A DNA stretch of 63,091 bases, counting the filler, from Corallochytrium limacisporum Hawaii (taxonomy: Eukaryota > Protista > Pluriformea): NCBI GenBank assembly GCA_002811645.1. It is 4 parts of 4 records of this genome, joined end to end, with 100 filler letters (N's around TTAATTAATTAA, not from the genome) between each part and the next. Parts side by side here need not be neighbours in the genome. Positions count along the whole stretch, not along the records: positions 39,336 to 63,091 come from PDIP01000096.1; 3 more parts are not named here. The stretch is one strand, 5' to 3'. A program made the translations under genes and the position numbers. The number at the start of each line of letters is the position of its first letter. Position 1 is the first letter of the stretch. The notes beneath the pieces were generated by a model. That model was given only the letters and a program-made list of their open reading frames with translations, was not told the origin of the DNA and did no database searches. Below are positions 43,779 through 55,815 of the stretch, one piece after another.

Positions 43779-46580
43779 TCAAACCGCGCTGTTGGGATAG
43801 TGACTTTTGATGAATTTGATGAAGCCTCTCAGGCTTATCACACCGATCAATTGACTGTTACTCTGGCGGATCACGTAAATGTGATCGGAACGGAGCATGC
43901 TAAAGTACTCGTGCATGTCGTTCAGAGGCGTCACGTCAACCACATGGAACGGTGCCGCATTGGTGATCACATCGTCATTGTTCAGCAGCTCTAGGGTAAC
44001 ATTCGGGCAGGACTGGGATGTGTAGTAGCGGTATAGCTCGGGCCTTTGGTCTCCGGTGAGGCTATGAAGCTTCTCGTGAACAATCTGGCATAGGTGGTCC
44101 AACTCTATGTCGGCAATCAGGTGCGTCTGCTTATCATCGGCGACGATTGCCACGGTGCGATTATCATCGCCGGTTCCTGCGCTCGGACCGGCCTTATGAA
44201 TCTCATCCAGAACACGGCCGAGGGTCGGCTTCTCCGGAATTAGGAACAGTGGCACTCCGGCTACGCCCAGGATGTCTATGCATTTCAATTTTCCAGTCTT
44301 GGTTCGTGCATCGGGGGGCGGCAGGATCTCCGGCAGACGCTTCAACCTGGCCATGGAATCGTAGAAACTCAATGACATCCGATTGCCAAGACTAACGGCA
44401 ATCATGCCTGCCAGTAGAGAAGGCAGCACAAACGCCTGCGTACCAGTGATTTCGGAGAGGATCACGGCCGGTGACACGGTCCGTGTCACACCAGACGCCA
44501 GGGCGCATGCACCCACCACTGCGTATCCTGCCAGGGAGATCTGTGCAACCTTTGAGTCTGATCCGAGGATGGCCTGGCAGAGCATTTGGAAGAGGAGACC
44601 ATACACGCGGCCAAGCGCAGCGCCGCTAGCAATGACCGGGATGAAGACACCGACAGGTACAGTGAGCGAATTGGCGAGCATCGATCCAAGGTACGTGACT
44701 GTGGCAAAGATCAGTAGGCCCCACTCCACATTACCCCCGAATTCAGCCCAGTTGTCGGCATTGCTTTTGCCTCCCGTGTCCGACAAGTCGTCAAAGAACA
44801 GAATGTCTTCCAAAGCCCGGATGGTTGTGAGCTGCATAAAGCCACCGACCGCCCAGGATATAGTACCCAAAAACACGAGTACAGCGGCCGGATAAAGGAT
44901 GCCACGGCCAAACAGGCGGCGCAGGAAATAGTTGCCACTGTTTTGTAAACGCCGCCGGAATTCAAGTAGCTTCGTGTGCGTATACACGAACAAAACACCC
45001 ATCACTCCGCCGCATACGCCCAGCATCAAAAAGCCGATGTATTCAAAGGGGTGGTACGTCATGGCAGCCTGCTGTGGTAGAGGCTGATCAAACATTGCAA
45101 GAAAAGAATGTGGGCTAAGGATGTGCAAGAAAACGGCACCCACTGTGGCCGCCAACATGCTTTGCCAGTATTTCGAGATCATGTAGTACGTAGAGGTGAC
45201 CTCGATGGTGAACAGAACACCGCCGATGGGAGCTCCGAAGTTGCTGGCAACACCGACACCAACCGCAGCGCTAAGCACCTGGTTTTCCATGGTCCCTTCA
45301 TCTAGAAGACTATGGAACGCGCCGATGTGTCGCATCATTTGATAGGCCAGTGCAGCGCTGGTGTGTACGAATGGACCTTCCTTACCGATAGGAATACCTA
45401 CCGCCAGAACCAATATCAGGCTGCACACCTTAGCCAACAGGGTGCGCATGCTAAAGAAGTTTGGAATGCGAACCGCACTGGCCAATATAGCTTTGATTTC
45501 CGGTATTCCGCTACCTGCACTACCCGGACCGAGGCGTGTGATGTAGATGGCTGGCAAGAAAATGCAAAGTTTTAGAAGCAGATCTATGACTAGGGATGTC
45601 ATTCCTTGTAAAAAATCTGCAGAGTGGTATTCCCGGTGACCAGGAACCATGGGATCTACGTCAAAAGATTCCACGACTCCACTGAGTCTCAGGTTGGGGG
45701 ACCTATTGTCACTGCCGAAGAGCGCCTCCATAAGGAAGAAGTGGAGGCGCTTTCTCCCTAAAGCAAGCTGTGTACTAGAATTGATGACCAGGAAGTCCAG
45801 TGCACTAATCACGATGCCCAATATAATCAACAGAACCGTGGTGCGTGGCTCACGGCTCAGTGCGTCTTCCTGGAGTGAGTCCGAATCCTCGTAGTCATCG
45901 ACATGTACAGGCTGCCCTTGATGCCGCGACAGACCGAGCACCGCGCCCACGCTATACGCGACCTTCTGGAACATATTCTGATGTCGAACACCATCATCTT
46001 GTTCGGCGAATGGATCCGTCATTGGCCCTGACTCCCTCTGGGGCAGTAGTGGGCTGCCCTCGTCTACGCGCTCTAGATCATGTGGTTCTGGTTGTTGCCT
46101 TTTGCCTGAGCCTCTCGGCAATCCCCGCCCCTCCTCCAAATGACTTCCTTGGCCCGAAGAAGTGCCTTGTGATGTTGAAGCGTGCCACCCTGGGCGCACA
46201 AATGCCGCAAGTGACGCCCTGGCAGTTCTGCTACTACTTGGACCAGCTTCATTGTGGCTACCTAGACTGCCGATTGAAGCAGTCGACGCACGTAACCTCC
46301 GTATTGGTTCCGAGGCTTGTTGTGTGTACAATCTCGCTGACTCACTCTTGGTTGATTGTTGATATGCCCCAAAAACGTCTTCTTTGTCAGTTTTTGTGGG
46401 TTCTAGGGTACGAATACGAGATCTGTCGTTGATCGGCGCCGTGATCCGCTGTCGCATTGCATTTACGGCAGTCGGGCCGACGTGGGCTCGACGCTGCCAT
46501 CGTCGGCCTAAACGTATGGCAGCGACTGCACTACTTAGGTCGCTGTCTGGATCTGAATGAATCCGATCAGGTTGCGACAT
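43779..46580 (-). CDS. CLC chloride channel (ClC-1/2-like) with C-terminal CBS region
   Basis: GSGIPE, GKEGP, FGAPIGGVLFTIEVT, GVFIP, YAVVGA and SFYDS motifs. Confidence 0.95.
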   Translation of the reverse strand: MSQPDRIHSDPDSDLSSAVAAIRLGRRWQRRAHVGPTAVNAMRQRITAPINDRSRIRTLEPTKTDKEDVFGAYQQSTKSESARLYTQQASEPIRRLRASTASIGSLGSHNEAGPSSSRTARASLAAFVRPGWHASTSQGTSSGQGSHLEEGRGLPRGSGKRQQPEPHDLERVDEGSPLLPQRESGPMTDPFAEQDDGVRHQNMFQKVAYSVGAVLGLSRHQGQPVHVDDYEDSDSLQEDALSREPRTTVLLIILGIVISALDFLVINSSTQLALGRKRLHFFLMEALFGSDNRSPNLRLSGVVESFDVDPMVPGHREYHSADFLQGMTSLVIDLLLKLCIFLPAIYITRLGPGSAGSGIPEIKAILASAVRIPNFFSMRTLLAKVCSLILVLAVGIPIGKEGPFVHTSAALAYQMMRHIGAFHSLLDEGTMENQVLSAAVGVGVASNFGAPIGGVLFTIEVTSTYYMISKYWQSMLAATVGAVFLHILSPHSFLAMFDQPLPQQAAMTYHPFEYIGFLMLGVCGGVMGVLFVYTHTKLLEFRRRLQNSGNYFLRRLFGRGILYPAAVLVFLGTISWAVGGFMQLTTIRALEDILFFDDLSDTGGKSNADNWAEFGGNVEWGLLIFATVTYLGSMLANSLTVPVGVFIPVIASGAALGRVYGLLFQMLCQAILGSDSKVAQISLAGYAVVGACALASGVTRTVSPAVILSEITGTQAFVLPSLLAGMIAVSLGNRMSLSFYDSMARLKRLPEILPPPDARTKTGKLKCIDILGVAGVPLFLIPEKPTLGRVLDEIHKAGPSAGTGDDNRTVAIVADDKQTHLIADIELDHLCQIVHEKLHSLTGDQRPELYRYYTSQSCPNVTLELLNNDDVITNAAPFHVVDVTPLNDMHEYFSMLRSDHIYVIRQSNSQLIGVISLRGFIKFIKSHYPNSAV

Positions 46581-47660
46581 GATGCCCGCACGAAATTTAC
46601 GTTACATGGTCTCCAACGACGTGGATGTGGCGGTAGCAAACGAAAACACGACAGTGTTCTACTTCATCCTTCAACGATGTCTGCTGATGGTGCAACAATT
46701 GCACATCACGTCACCCTTTTATGAGCTATCTTGAAGTACCATTAAAGCAAGGTATATCCGGTCACATCCCAAGCGGTATTTGTGAGTCGCGTGTGTGGTT
46801 GGGTCTTACGACCGTAGCGGGCAGTTGGCGGGTTTGTGCGGCCCAGGGGGAGGGGAGCAGAGCCAAGCGAGATCGGCGATGGGGCGCGCAGTCTCGAAGG
46901 CCCACCCACCCCACAAATCAAACACAACCGAAAGGACCGGCAGCCCACTAGCCCACCCGTCCCGCTGTCTTTTCCCGCCTGCACTGGGCAAGAAGCAAAA
47001 AAAACGGGGGGGGGCCTTAATTAAAGGAGTTTTGGCGGATGGGGTGTATCTGTCAGTTGAGGGGGGGGGGTTCCGGGGGGTTTGTTTGAGGGCTGGTTTG
47101 GCCCGCAGGCCAGCGATCGGCCACCAGCAGTCGTCAGTGGAATCACCCAAGTGGAACGAAAGAAGGAGTTGGTGGTGGTGGTGGTGGGGGAGGGGGCGCC
47201 GAGGGGAGAGAGGGGAGGAAGGGTAAGAAATTGCAGTTCGGTAGGGGACGCCGGGCCCGGGAGGAAGAAAACAGGGGAGGGGAAGCGAGCATAGGCGGGC
47301 AGAGCGGGGTTGGGAGCACACCCCTTCCCCAGGGGGGGAGAGGACCATTTTGACTGCGGCCAAATGAGGGGGTTTTGTGGGAGATGGGGGGAGGAGGGAA
47401 GAATGTGTGATCCGCTACACATCGGATCGTGATCTCTGCCAAACCGTTTGCCTTGGCAAAGAGAATTGTATAGTATGCATGGACGCCAACATTCCTTGCA
47501 GTGACGGTTAACATGGAACCTGCAATACTATTACGTTATACACAAACATCTGTAATGAGCTTCGTCAAGTTTTGGACATGGCATGACGATTGCAGGACAT
47601 GATCCACTGCATCATCGATGATGGCTTTCTTTGTTCTTTTACTTGTCTCCTAGGCAAAAC

Positions 47661-48827
47661 TTAATAGTAGATCGATCGTGTACGATGGATGGGTACAGAG
47701 GAAATGGCCTGCTGATGCGATTTGGCATAGTCCCACAGGTGGAAGTCAATCGTAATGGCGTTCACATGTGCTGGACCTTGTCCTTTTTCGCGTACCATTT
47801 CGAGGCAACGCCTCCGGACGCACTCCACAGCGAATATGGATGCGCAACGGATCTCCATCTCCAGTTCAGATCCGGACGGCAGTGGACTACGGCGCTTCAG
47901 TCGATCAAGCAGTTCTTCACCATATTCAATTACACCCAGAGCCGCTAGGCACTGCGGCACTCGGTAATCTGCAAACATGGTAAGGGTGTCCATATCGATG
48001 AATGATCCAAGACCTTCTCCACCAAAACACGACCAAATATCGGACGCCAGAATTTGAGCTCGCTTCAGAATTGGAATAATGCGACGCTGATACGTATGTA
48101 CGTCCCTGAAACTAATCATTTCCTGGGCGACGCGGTCGACAAGTCGGGCCGCGCTTTCGCCGCCCTCCACAATGACATCGGCGAACAGCCCGTTTGCAGA
48201 GGACCGCGCCAGCCATGTTCCTGCCTCATTGAGCACGAGGACGCGCTCACGAAGCACAGGAATAGGACACCGCTGCTTGCCATTGGGGTCCATACGCCCA
48301 GTATTGGGATCAAACAATTCCTGAAGGTCCCTTTCCGTGCAAGAAGAAAGCCATTCTGAAGTGAGGATAGAATGGTCGCCGCTCACCAATCGACGGTTAA
48401 TAGCTGCAACCATACCCCAGTAGCCGGTCCATGTCTTTCCACCGAAATCAATTCCGTATGCCTCTGTCTCTGATTCGATACCGTCCTCGAGACGGTCGTC
48501 CCAGAAGCAGAAATTGAGACAGTCAATGACAAAGATCCACTGTGCCGCCCACTGATCACTTAGCAAAGGTGCCGTTGCCGTGCCTTCCGCTGCATCCCGT
48601 TCTAAGAGTGGCTGCAGTGCATGAGCGTGCCATGCAGCTTTGGGGCAGTATGGGTGTCCCTTTTCCAAACTAAGGATTTCCTTTGCCAGACCATCAATGG
48701 CCTGCCGATTGATGCTCACCTGACGGGCTCGCTCTGTGACCCAAGACGCACCCGCAAGCACCGCAGTGCCGCCCGTGGGCGCCAGTACCGGCGCCGCCGG
48801 AACTTCGAGATTGGGTGAAATGGCTAT
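47661..48827 (-). CDS. QNG1: Queuosine-5'-phosphate N-glycosylase/hydrolase (DUF2419, C9orf64). Start codon non-canonical or uncertain.
   Basis: WIFVIDCLNFCFW, TGYW, SFRD, LKRAQILASDIW, LTMFADYRVPQ, EMEIR, IDFHLWD, PIHRTRSIYY. No in-frame ATG precedes the conserved core, so the AUA at 48827 is used as a provisional start. Confidence 0.9.
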   Translation of the reverse strand: MAISPNLEVPAAPVLAPTGGTAVLAGASWVTERARQVSINRQAIDGLAKEILSLEKGHPYCPKAAWHAHALQPLLERDAAEGTATAPLLSDQWAAQWIFVIDCLNFCFWDDRLEDGIESETEAYGIDFGGKTWTGYWGMVAAINRRLVSGDHSILTSEWLSSCTERDLQELFDPNTGRMDPNGKQRCPIPVLRERVLVLNEAGTWLARSSANGLFADVIVEGGESAARLVDRVAQEMISFRDVHTYQRRIIPILKRAQILASDIWSCFGGEGLGSFIDMDTLTMFADYRVPQCLAALGVIEYGEELLDRLKRRSPLPSGSELEMEIRCASIFAVECVRRRCLEMVREKGQGPAHVNAITIDFHLWDYAKSHQQAISSVPIHRTRSIYY

Positions 48828-51800
48828 TGTTGAAAGTTTTTTTATGTAGGCGAGTGCTGCTAGCTGAGAGGAGGTGTATTCCCTCAGCCAAAGATCACCT
48901 CACTTACTGTCGAGACTTTAGAGCCTGCTCTTCTCTTTCGAGTATGCCTCTTGATATGGTCAAGTATTCATAGGTCTGAGCGTTCGCACTACTAATACAC
49001 GTTCGCACTTCGTTTTCGGTCGCTGCCCACAATTCAAAATTCAACTTTGAAGTGTACAACGAACTGTCAATAGCCCAATGTCTTCGAAATACCTTTTGAT
49101 CTACAATCTCTCAAAGTTCAATGGTGCATTTCAGGAAATACAGAGGACGTCATCCGACCATGCCCCCCTTGACCTATCGGTCCAACCACGCACCTGATAT
49201 CAAATGAGCGAATGTCTGCAAATGATCCGTGGATAACCTCCGGCAGCGAAACGCTTGCAGAAACTTTTAGACGGCGCAAGGGCTGTCCAATCTCGGCCGA
49301 TCGCGATCTTTCCCCTCCCCTTTCCCCGGGGCCGCCCTCCACAGCTCACTGTGCGGTCAACATCTCCGCAAACAAAGCTGCCATATGAAAAGTACGGACA
49401 TTGGGGACCAAAGGAGCGGGCAGCAGGAACTGTCAAAGCATGAGGCCCCCCCCCCCGGGACGCAGCTCCTGGATTACCATTTCACATGTTTTTATTAGAC
49501 CCGCGGTGAAACGCTGCCAAGATGAGAGGCCCCGGAGTTATGAGGTGAGGAGGGGCATAAAACCTGTATCACCACTACTCCGCGGCAACCCTGCCTCCCT
49601 CTCAGGCCTCGCAATGTTTCATCTCCTTGTGGTCCATCGGTGTGTATTCGTGGCAAAGCGAGAGACTGTCCCTCCCTCCTCCCTTTCTTCTTAGTTCCGC
49701 TCTTTTTTTTTGCCTTGCTACTTTCTTCCGTCCGTCTCTCTATCTTTTCCTTGCAGGTGGATGGCTGACCTGTGGTACGGTGGCACATCATTCTATCTAA
49801 CCCTTTCTCCCCTCCCTTACCCCCTCCCGTTGGCCCGCTTCGTCTCTTTCTCTCCCCGGGACCCTCGTTTGTTTTCTCCAAGACTTTCTTTGGTCCGTTC
49901 CGTTCTCTGTTGTGTACACAGTGGCGCAGAGGGAAGGTTCCCCCCCCCACCCCCGCCCCTCTCCATTCCTTCCGAAACGGCCTTCCTCTAGCCCCTCTCG
50001 CTTCGGGGGGGGTGGGGGGCGTTACTGCGTTCTGAAACGCTTTCCCCCTTCCCCCATTTTTCTTTTCTTGGTCGCGGCCTCCCTCGGGATTGTTCTCCCA
50101 TTTCGCTCATACAAAGGAAACTCTGCGGGACGAGTGCTGCAGGAATGACTTCTCGACACCACTTTGATGCTGGATGATGAAGGTTTTGGGTATTGTATGA
50201 CTTGCATACGGATGTGAATGATGAACCGGGGTCGTACTTGGAATTCAGTGTCACAGAAAATGAAATGCTGGTGCCTAGGGTGCCTAATCTTCATCTCTGT
50301 TTTCTATACTGAAACAGTCATGTAATTCCGAAGCAGTCCCCAACAGCAGGACACATGCAACAAAAGGGTCTGGTTTAGGTGTGCCGCTTTGCGTCGGTGC
50401 GTGCTCCCCTCCTCTCTCTCTCTCTCTCCTTCCCTCCCCCTCCCCCTCCCCTTTCCGGGGCCCCCTTCCCTTCTCCAGGGAACATCAACAAGAAGGAAAG
50501 GGGAGAGAGGAAAGCGTCGCAGTAGTAGGGAAGGCGGTTTTATTTTTGTATCGCACAGTTTATTCCCCTCCTCCCCCCCCCACCGCCTCTCTGCCCGCCC
50601 ACAATATGAAGGAGGATGTAACACGATAAACTTGCGGGGAAGTCACGAGCAGCCCGGCGAGGAACCGCGCAACCCACCAATCCTTTATAGAGTAACTCAC
50701 CAACATATGCAACCTGGACACACTCACCCCCGCCCCCAGTCTCCGAGCTCTTTTTGCATTTGAAGCCCCTTTCGCTTGTGCCCACCCCCTCCTGCTTCCT
50801 TTCTTCCTCCTCTTCTTTCCCGTTTCGCAGGGTTTTCTTCGGGTTTTCGGGCTGCTCTCCTGAAAATACACAGGAAAGGACCAAAACAGCAGCAAGCCTC
50901 CTGCGCCCTTTGTTCGCGTCGTTTCACCCGTCAGCCAGTTACCCAGCACCTCGTCTGCAAGCTATTGGCCCGATCATCGCGGCGTCAAGAATGGCGATTT
51001 GTGAACGTATCATCATGTATGACCTTCGCCGGTGCTACACATACATCCATCCATACATACATACATAAAGTCATGCTATGCGAGTGAATGTCAGATGTGT
51101 GCGAAAGTCATTGGTAGTGCATTCAAAAGGCTCTTACGCGAGATGGGATCTTTGCTTTGGATGTACGATGTTGGGGCGAGAAGAGGTGGTTTTGTTTGAC
51201 CTTGCACGAGACCTAGTAAAATTTCACACGTCGCAATAAACCCTATCAAACATTGGAAAGGTCGAAGGCAATTAACTCACTCAACATGGACGACCATTGA
51301 TGACATTGTGTCGCCATCCATGATTTCTAGTCGATGTCACTATCGTGAGTGTATGTCCGTGGATCTCTTTGCGACAGTGCTGATGGATGGGGCCGGAGGT
51401 TATTAGTCTTCCTTTCTCCCTTCAGGAATTTGTGCCTATATGATTGCCTACGGTCGTCCTTCCTGCTTGGTATCCTTTCTCTCGCCAATTACTGCAAACT
51501 CCGGAGGTGCTGCACTACCCACCACCACCGTGCGATGGACTTTTGGGTCTGGACCACATTCTCGACGGACGCTTTCTTACCGTGCGCGTTTTGGCTTTTT
51601 TCTTTGTTTTTTTCTTATTGGCGCTGGTGGCCTTTTCGCTCAATTTTTCTGCGCGAGTAAGGCGGTTGGTCTGTGTGTGTGTGTGTGCGTCCAGTGAAGG
51701 AACTCTCATGGAGATCCTTCACAATCAACCGAAAAGCCCGACATGTCAAGCGGGTTCGTAGGCGCTGATTAGCAGGGGGCGGAGGGGGGAGAAGGTGGGG

Positions 51801-54800
51801 GGGGGGGAACGGACAACCGCACTTGAGCTGTTGTTGGCGAACAACAGCTCAGCAATCTTGGATACCCTGTGGGCGGCAAGGGGGGCGGCGCAAAGGACGA
51901 GGAAGGGTCATCACGGGGGCCAGACATACATTAAGTATTGGTCTCAGGTGTGACACTCTAGGGGACCCCTCCCCGCCTCTTCTTTTTTTCATCTAACATT
52001 TCTGTCTTCCCAGAACCGGACTACTTGTGGACCGCCAGAAAAGTTCGATGACGAAAAATCAAATCTTGCACAGTCCTAGAACTATTGAAGTACTTTCTTT
52101 AATTCTTTTTTGCGGTTTGTCAGAAATGCAGACTGTATCGAAACGGGTAGATGTATACTGAAAGTATGGCGAATTTCCTGGTCGTTCGCAGGGTGCTTCT
52201 TGAGCTGAAAACCCATCCTCACGATTGCTTCTGTTGTTGGGAACTTAGTGACAGCAGCGCGCGACATACCATTGTCCATTTCAGCAGCCAGTCGCCTCAC
52301 TTTTCGACAGAGTGGCCCATCCCCCCCCCTTCTTCTCCCTACGCAGGGCGCGCTCCCTTCTTCTCCCTACGCAGGGGCGCGCCCCCTCTCTCATGCAAAA
52401 CATAACAGATTTGTGGCAGACGCTATTCTTCGTTATCAATAAGGTCTGGAGTGGCTCTTCTCGTGCAGTTAGTTTTAAGGTATCTCTCGTTTTTTCTCTT
52501 GTGTCCTTCTTCTCGAGCCCCCTTTTTGCCTCTCTCACACCCCGCCGCACGCCGCCGCCCCGCTAAAACCTCTCCCATTTCATTTTTCTTTCCATTCTCA
52601 CCCAAAGTGTCCCTATATATTTTCCTATGATTACACGCCCTTCGTACTGTGCACTAGAATTGCGTACAGTATCTTACCTTGTCTAGCCGGCCCCTTCAAC
52701 CGCAGAATGCGGCCAAGGAAAACATTGCGCAGAAACGCATTCGGACAACACTTATACAACGGGGCTGAAAGCTGACACCCCCCTCCCCCGGGAGAAGAGA
52801 TGCGTAGGGAGGTGGTGGGAGACACCTGCCAGAAAGACGAGAGAAAAACAGAATAATCGTATACATATACTTATTTATGAAAGGAAAAAGACCGGGGGAG
52901 GGGGGGGGGGGTGTTACTGCCGGAAGGGGGGCATGGTGACCAGATGCGAAAGCCAATCCCTCTATGCTTGTTCTCCGGTTCCAATAGAGGACGGGGGAAA
53001 GGTGATTGCTGGGACACGTGCACGATCCCTTGAACATGCCGTATACTCATCCAAATGTTCATCTCTCGTCAACATTGCAGCAGCCAGACCCCGGTGCCCA
53101 TCTTTGGGACGTAATTCGGAGCATTGTTTGCGGGTACAATGCTTTGACATCTATGGCTATCGAAGATTGATTCTTCGGAGTCAAGTGTACGGTGTAATTG
53201 CGCAGTATGTCAGTTGCATGTCCTCATTGACAGGGAACGAATGTATAGGCTCGCCCCCGTTACGCACACTGGTGATTGTGTTGTGATGGTCGAGATTTGT
53301 AAGGGGACCCAGCTGACCGAGGCTGCTGGTGTTGCGATGTCCGTACTCCTCATCGTATTCTCCTGCTTGGTCGATATTCGATACTCGAAGCGATCTTCCC
53401 TCTCCATTGTATGTTACTCTCAGGGAATTGCGGCCCGTCTGCGCCCTAAAATTCGAAAGGAGAAGGGCACACACTATAGGAAAAAGTAGATCAGATCTGG
53501 GATAATAATGGGAACATTGGTGTACATAAATGGTGAGACGAGAAGCGTCTACTTCAAAATACAACCGCCAAGTATGAAAACCTACTACTTCAATTCTCGG
53601 GTGAGTTGCGCGGAACGATGTTTCAAATAGAGGCTCGGTCCCACACAGGGGAAGCCGGCAACAACACGAGGGCGGTTTCGTCCGCATCTAGCACCATGCC
53701 ATTGGCCCCATCGGTTTGACATTCAGTTGATAGATCAATTAGCACGGGGAACACCCACGTATGCTTAAGAACGCTCAAATGGAGCCACTCGAACTCAGAT
53801 CTCATTTGTTTCTTCCGCTCCTCACACAAAGGAACATCGAAACCGAGCCCTCTCCCGGCGTTTACCTTGGCATCCCCTAACCCCGGGGGTGTCCCCCGTC
53901 CTCATCACTCTCTGGGAAAAAGCAACGGGGATACCGGGATCTGGCTTCCATTTTGAAGTTCCCGTTGAGTTTGTCGTACAGGTGAACGGGTCGGGCGGTA
54001 AGCCCAGCAGATTTCGTCAAAGTGCGGCGGGGTTGGTAGACAAAAAGATCTGCATAAGCCAACACAGCAGAGATAAGGAGCGAATTAGTACATGGCTCAT
54101 GCTTTGAGCGATGACGCCGTCCGCGGTGCTGTTAAGGTCACCATACTGGTTGGCATGTGGTGCATTGGTGGTGGTGTAGTTATTTGGCCGTAATTAAACA
54201 CAAGAGTTTACCGGTCGCTCATCTGACCTGTCCGAAACAACCACTCCTTTCCTCCACCACCACCATATCAACCGAGCGAGCGGTCATATTGGCAAAGGTC
54301 GCAAGTCCATATGCAGCTCCGAAGAGTGTCAGGTTGAGGTGATGCGGTTGCTTTGCATGCAGCTTTATCGCGTCTTACTCCTAGTTTTCACTCCGCTCGG
54401 TAAGAGTTCCTCTCAGCCCTGACCCGGCCCATACAATATATTCTCGAGCTGGCTTTTCCGGATTTCAGCCCTCTTTATGTCCGTCCGCTAAAAACCTGCA
54501 GAATTTGATGCCCCGGAATTCACCGCTTGTAGTATCTAAACCGCTGAGCAAACAAAAAATTGGAAGCCACATACCCACCGACGCGTTGACAGTATATGCA
54601 ACACTTGGCACTGGCTGACTACTGCAGGTGTTTTCGATGATACGGCAGTGACTCTTGCTCCGCTACCTGTTTGCTCGTGACATACAAATATGTAACTATA
54701 GCATAATAATGCCAGCAAAGGGGCACCACACATGCGCTGCAACACCCATCTACGCACGGATAACATAAAGGAGACGTTGTTGCAGACTTCGGACGGCCGG

Positions 54801-55815
54801 AGGGTCTGGATTGTACGATCATTGCAGAAAAAATCGATCTAACTTGCGGGCGGCAAATCTTAGAGAGCTGCGAGCGGAGGCGTTGGGATTAGCAACCGCA
54901 AGCACACTGCGAACTGACGCTTTCAAATTCAGACGATCATCTCTGGAAAGGACACACCAGGAACGGCACCATGGTCAGAGGTGGCCAATATGGCGTGAAA
55001 TTGGTACACAATGTCATCTTCGGGAGCTACACCGTAGATGCGTGAACATGTTGGCGGTGAAAGACTCCGTATGTTATCAGACACCGACGGTATACCTCAA
55101 AGTCACGAAACCATATGGAGTGCCAATCGTGCGCGCTTGAAGGGGTGGGCTAGTGGACAGCGGAGTGCGTGTGTGTTGATTGAATGTTTGCGTGTGGTTA
55201 CACTTTATGGTAGATCAAATAAACCTCAAATTTCTTCGGGATTGACACATTGCGGATTTGGACAGGGTCGCAAAGATCCTCCCGCAGATCCCACAAAATT
55301 AGGCCCCTGATCACAATGTTTCATTATGACAATTTGTATTTTAGGTTATCAGTTATTTACATCCGAAGCCAGTTGATCAAGTGGGTTTGGAGCTGTCCAT
55401 AGTGAAAGTATTGAAGGACTCACCTCCCGAAGATTTTATTTTGTTTTGGCTTTCGACCGGCAGGGTTAGCTATGGTAAGAGTATTATAGCCGCGGAGAGA
55501 GAGGGTAAGCGTGTGTGTTGGCCTCAAGGTGCGGAGGTAGACGACTAGTGTGACCCCGTGGCTCGCCATGGACTCCATACCGGGGATAGGTGGCGACAAC
55601 TCAAGCAGATGGTCCGGCAACCTTTTGGATAGTATGTACATGTGCGCAGGTCGAAAACATATTTAGAGAAAGAGTACAGTAAATGTGTGCAAGAGGATCA
55701 TTTTATCGGTGATACAGGCAGATGTTTCGATTAAGAAATGGTGGAGGCATAAGCATGGTGTGAACAGACTGAGAAATAAGAACCAGGGTTATAGTTTATT
55801 GGAATATAGTGCAGC

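Noticed and set aside
51293-51387. Possible C/D snoRNA (TGATGA...CTGA)
   Set aside because: Imperfect C box and terminal stem, and no recognisable rRNA antisense element.
51470-51478. U12-type donor GTATCCTTT (and ATATCCTTT at 62939)
   Set aside because: No suitable TCCTTAAC branch site or host gene.
52328-52385. Tandem ~28-nt duplication CTTCTTCTCCCTACGCAGGG(G)CGCGC
   Set aside because: Two adjacent copies without spacers. This is a local duplication, not CRISPR, and the antisense GCGTAGGGA lacks the rest of a TPP riboswitch.
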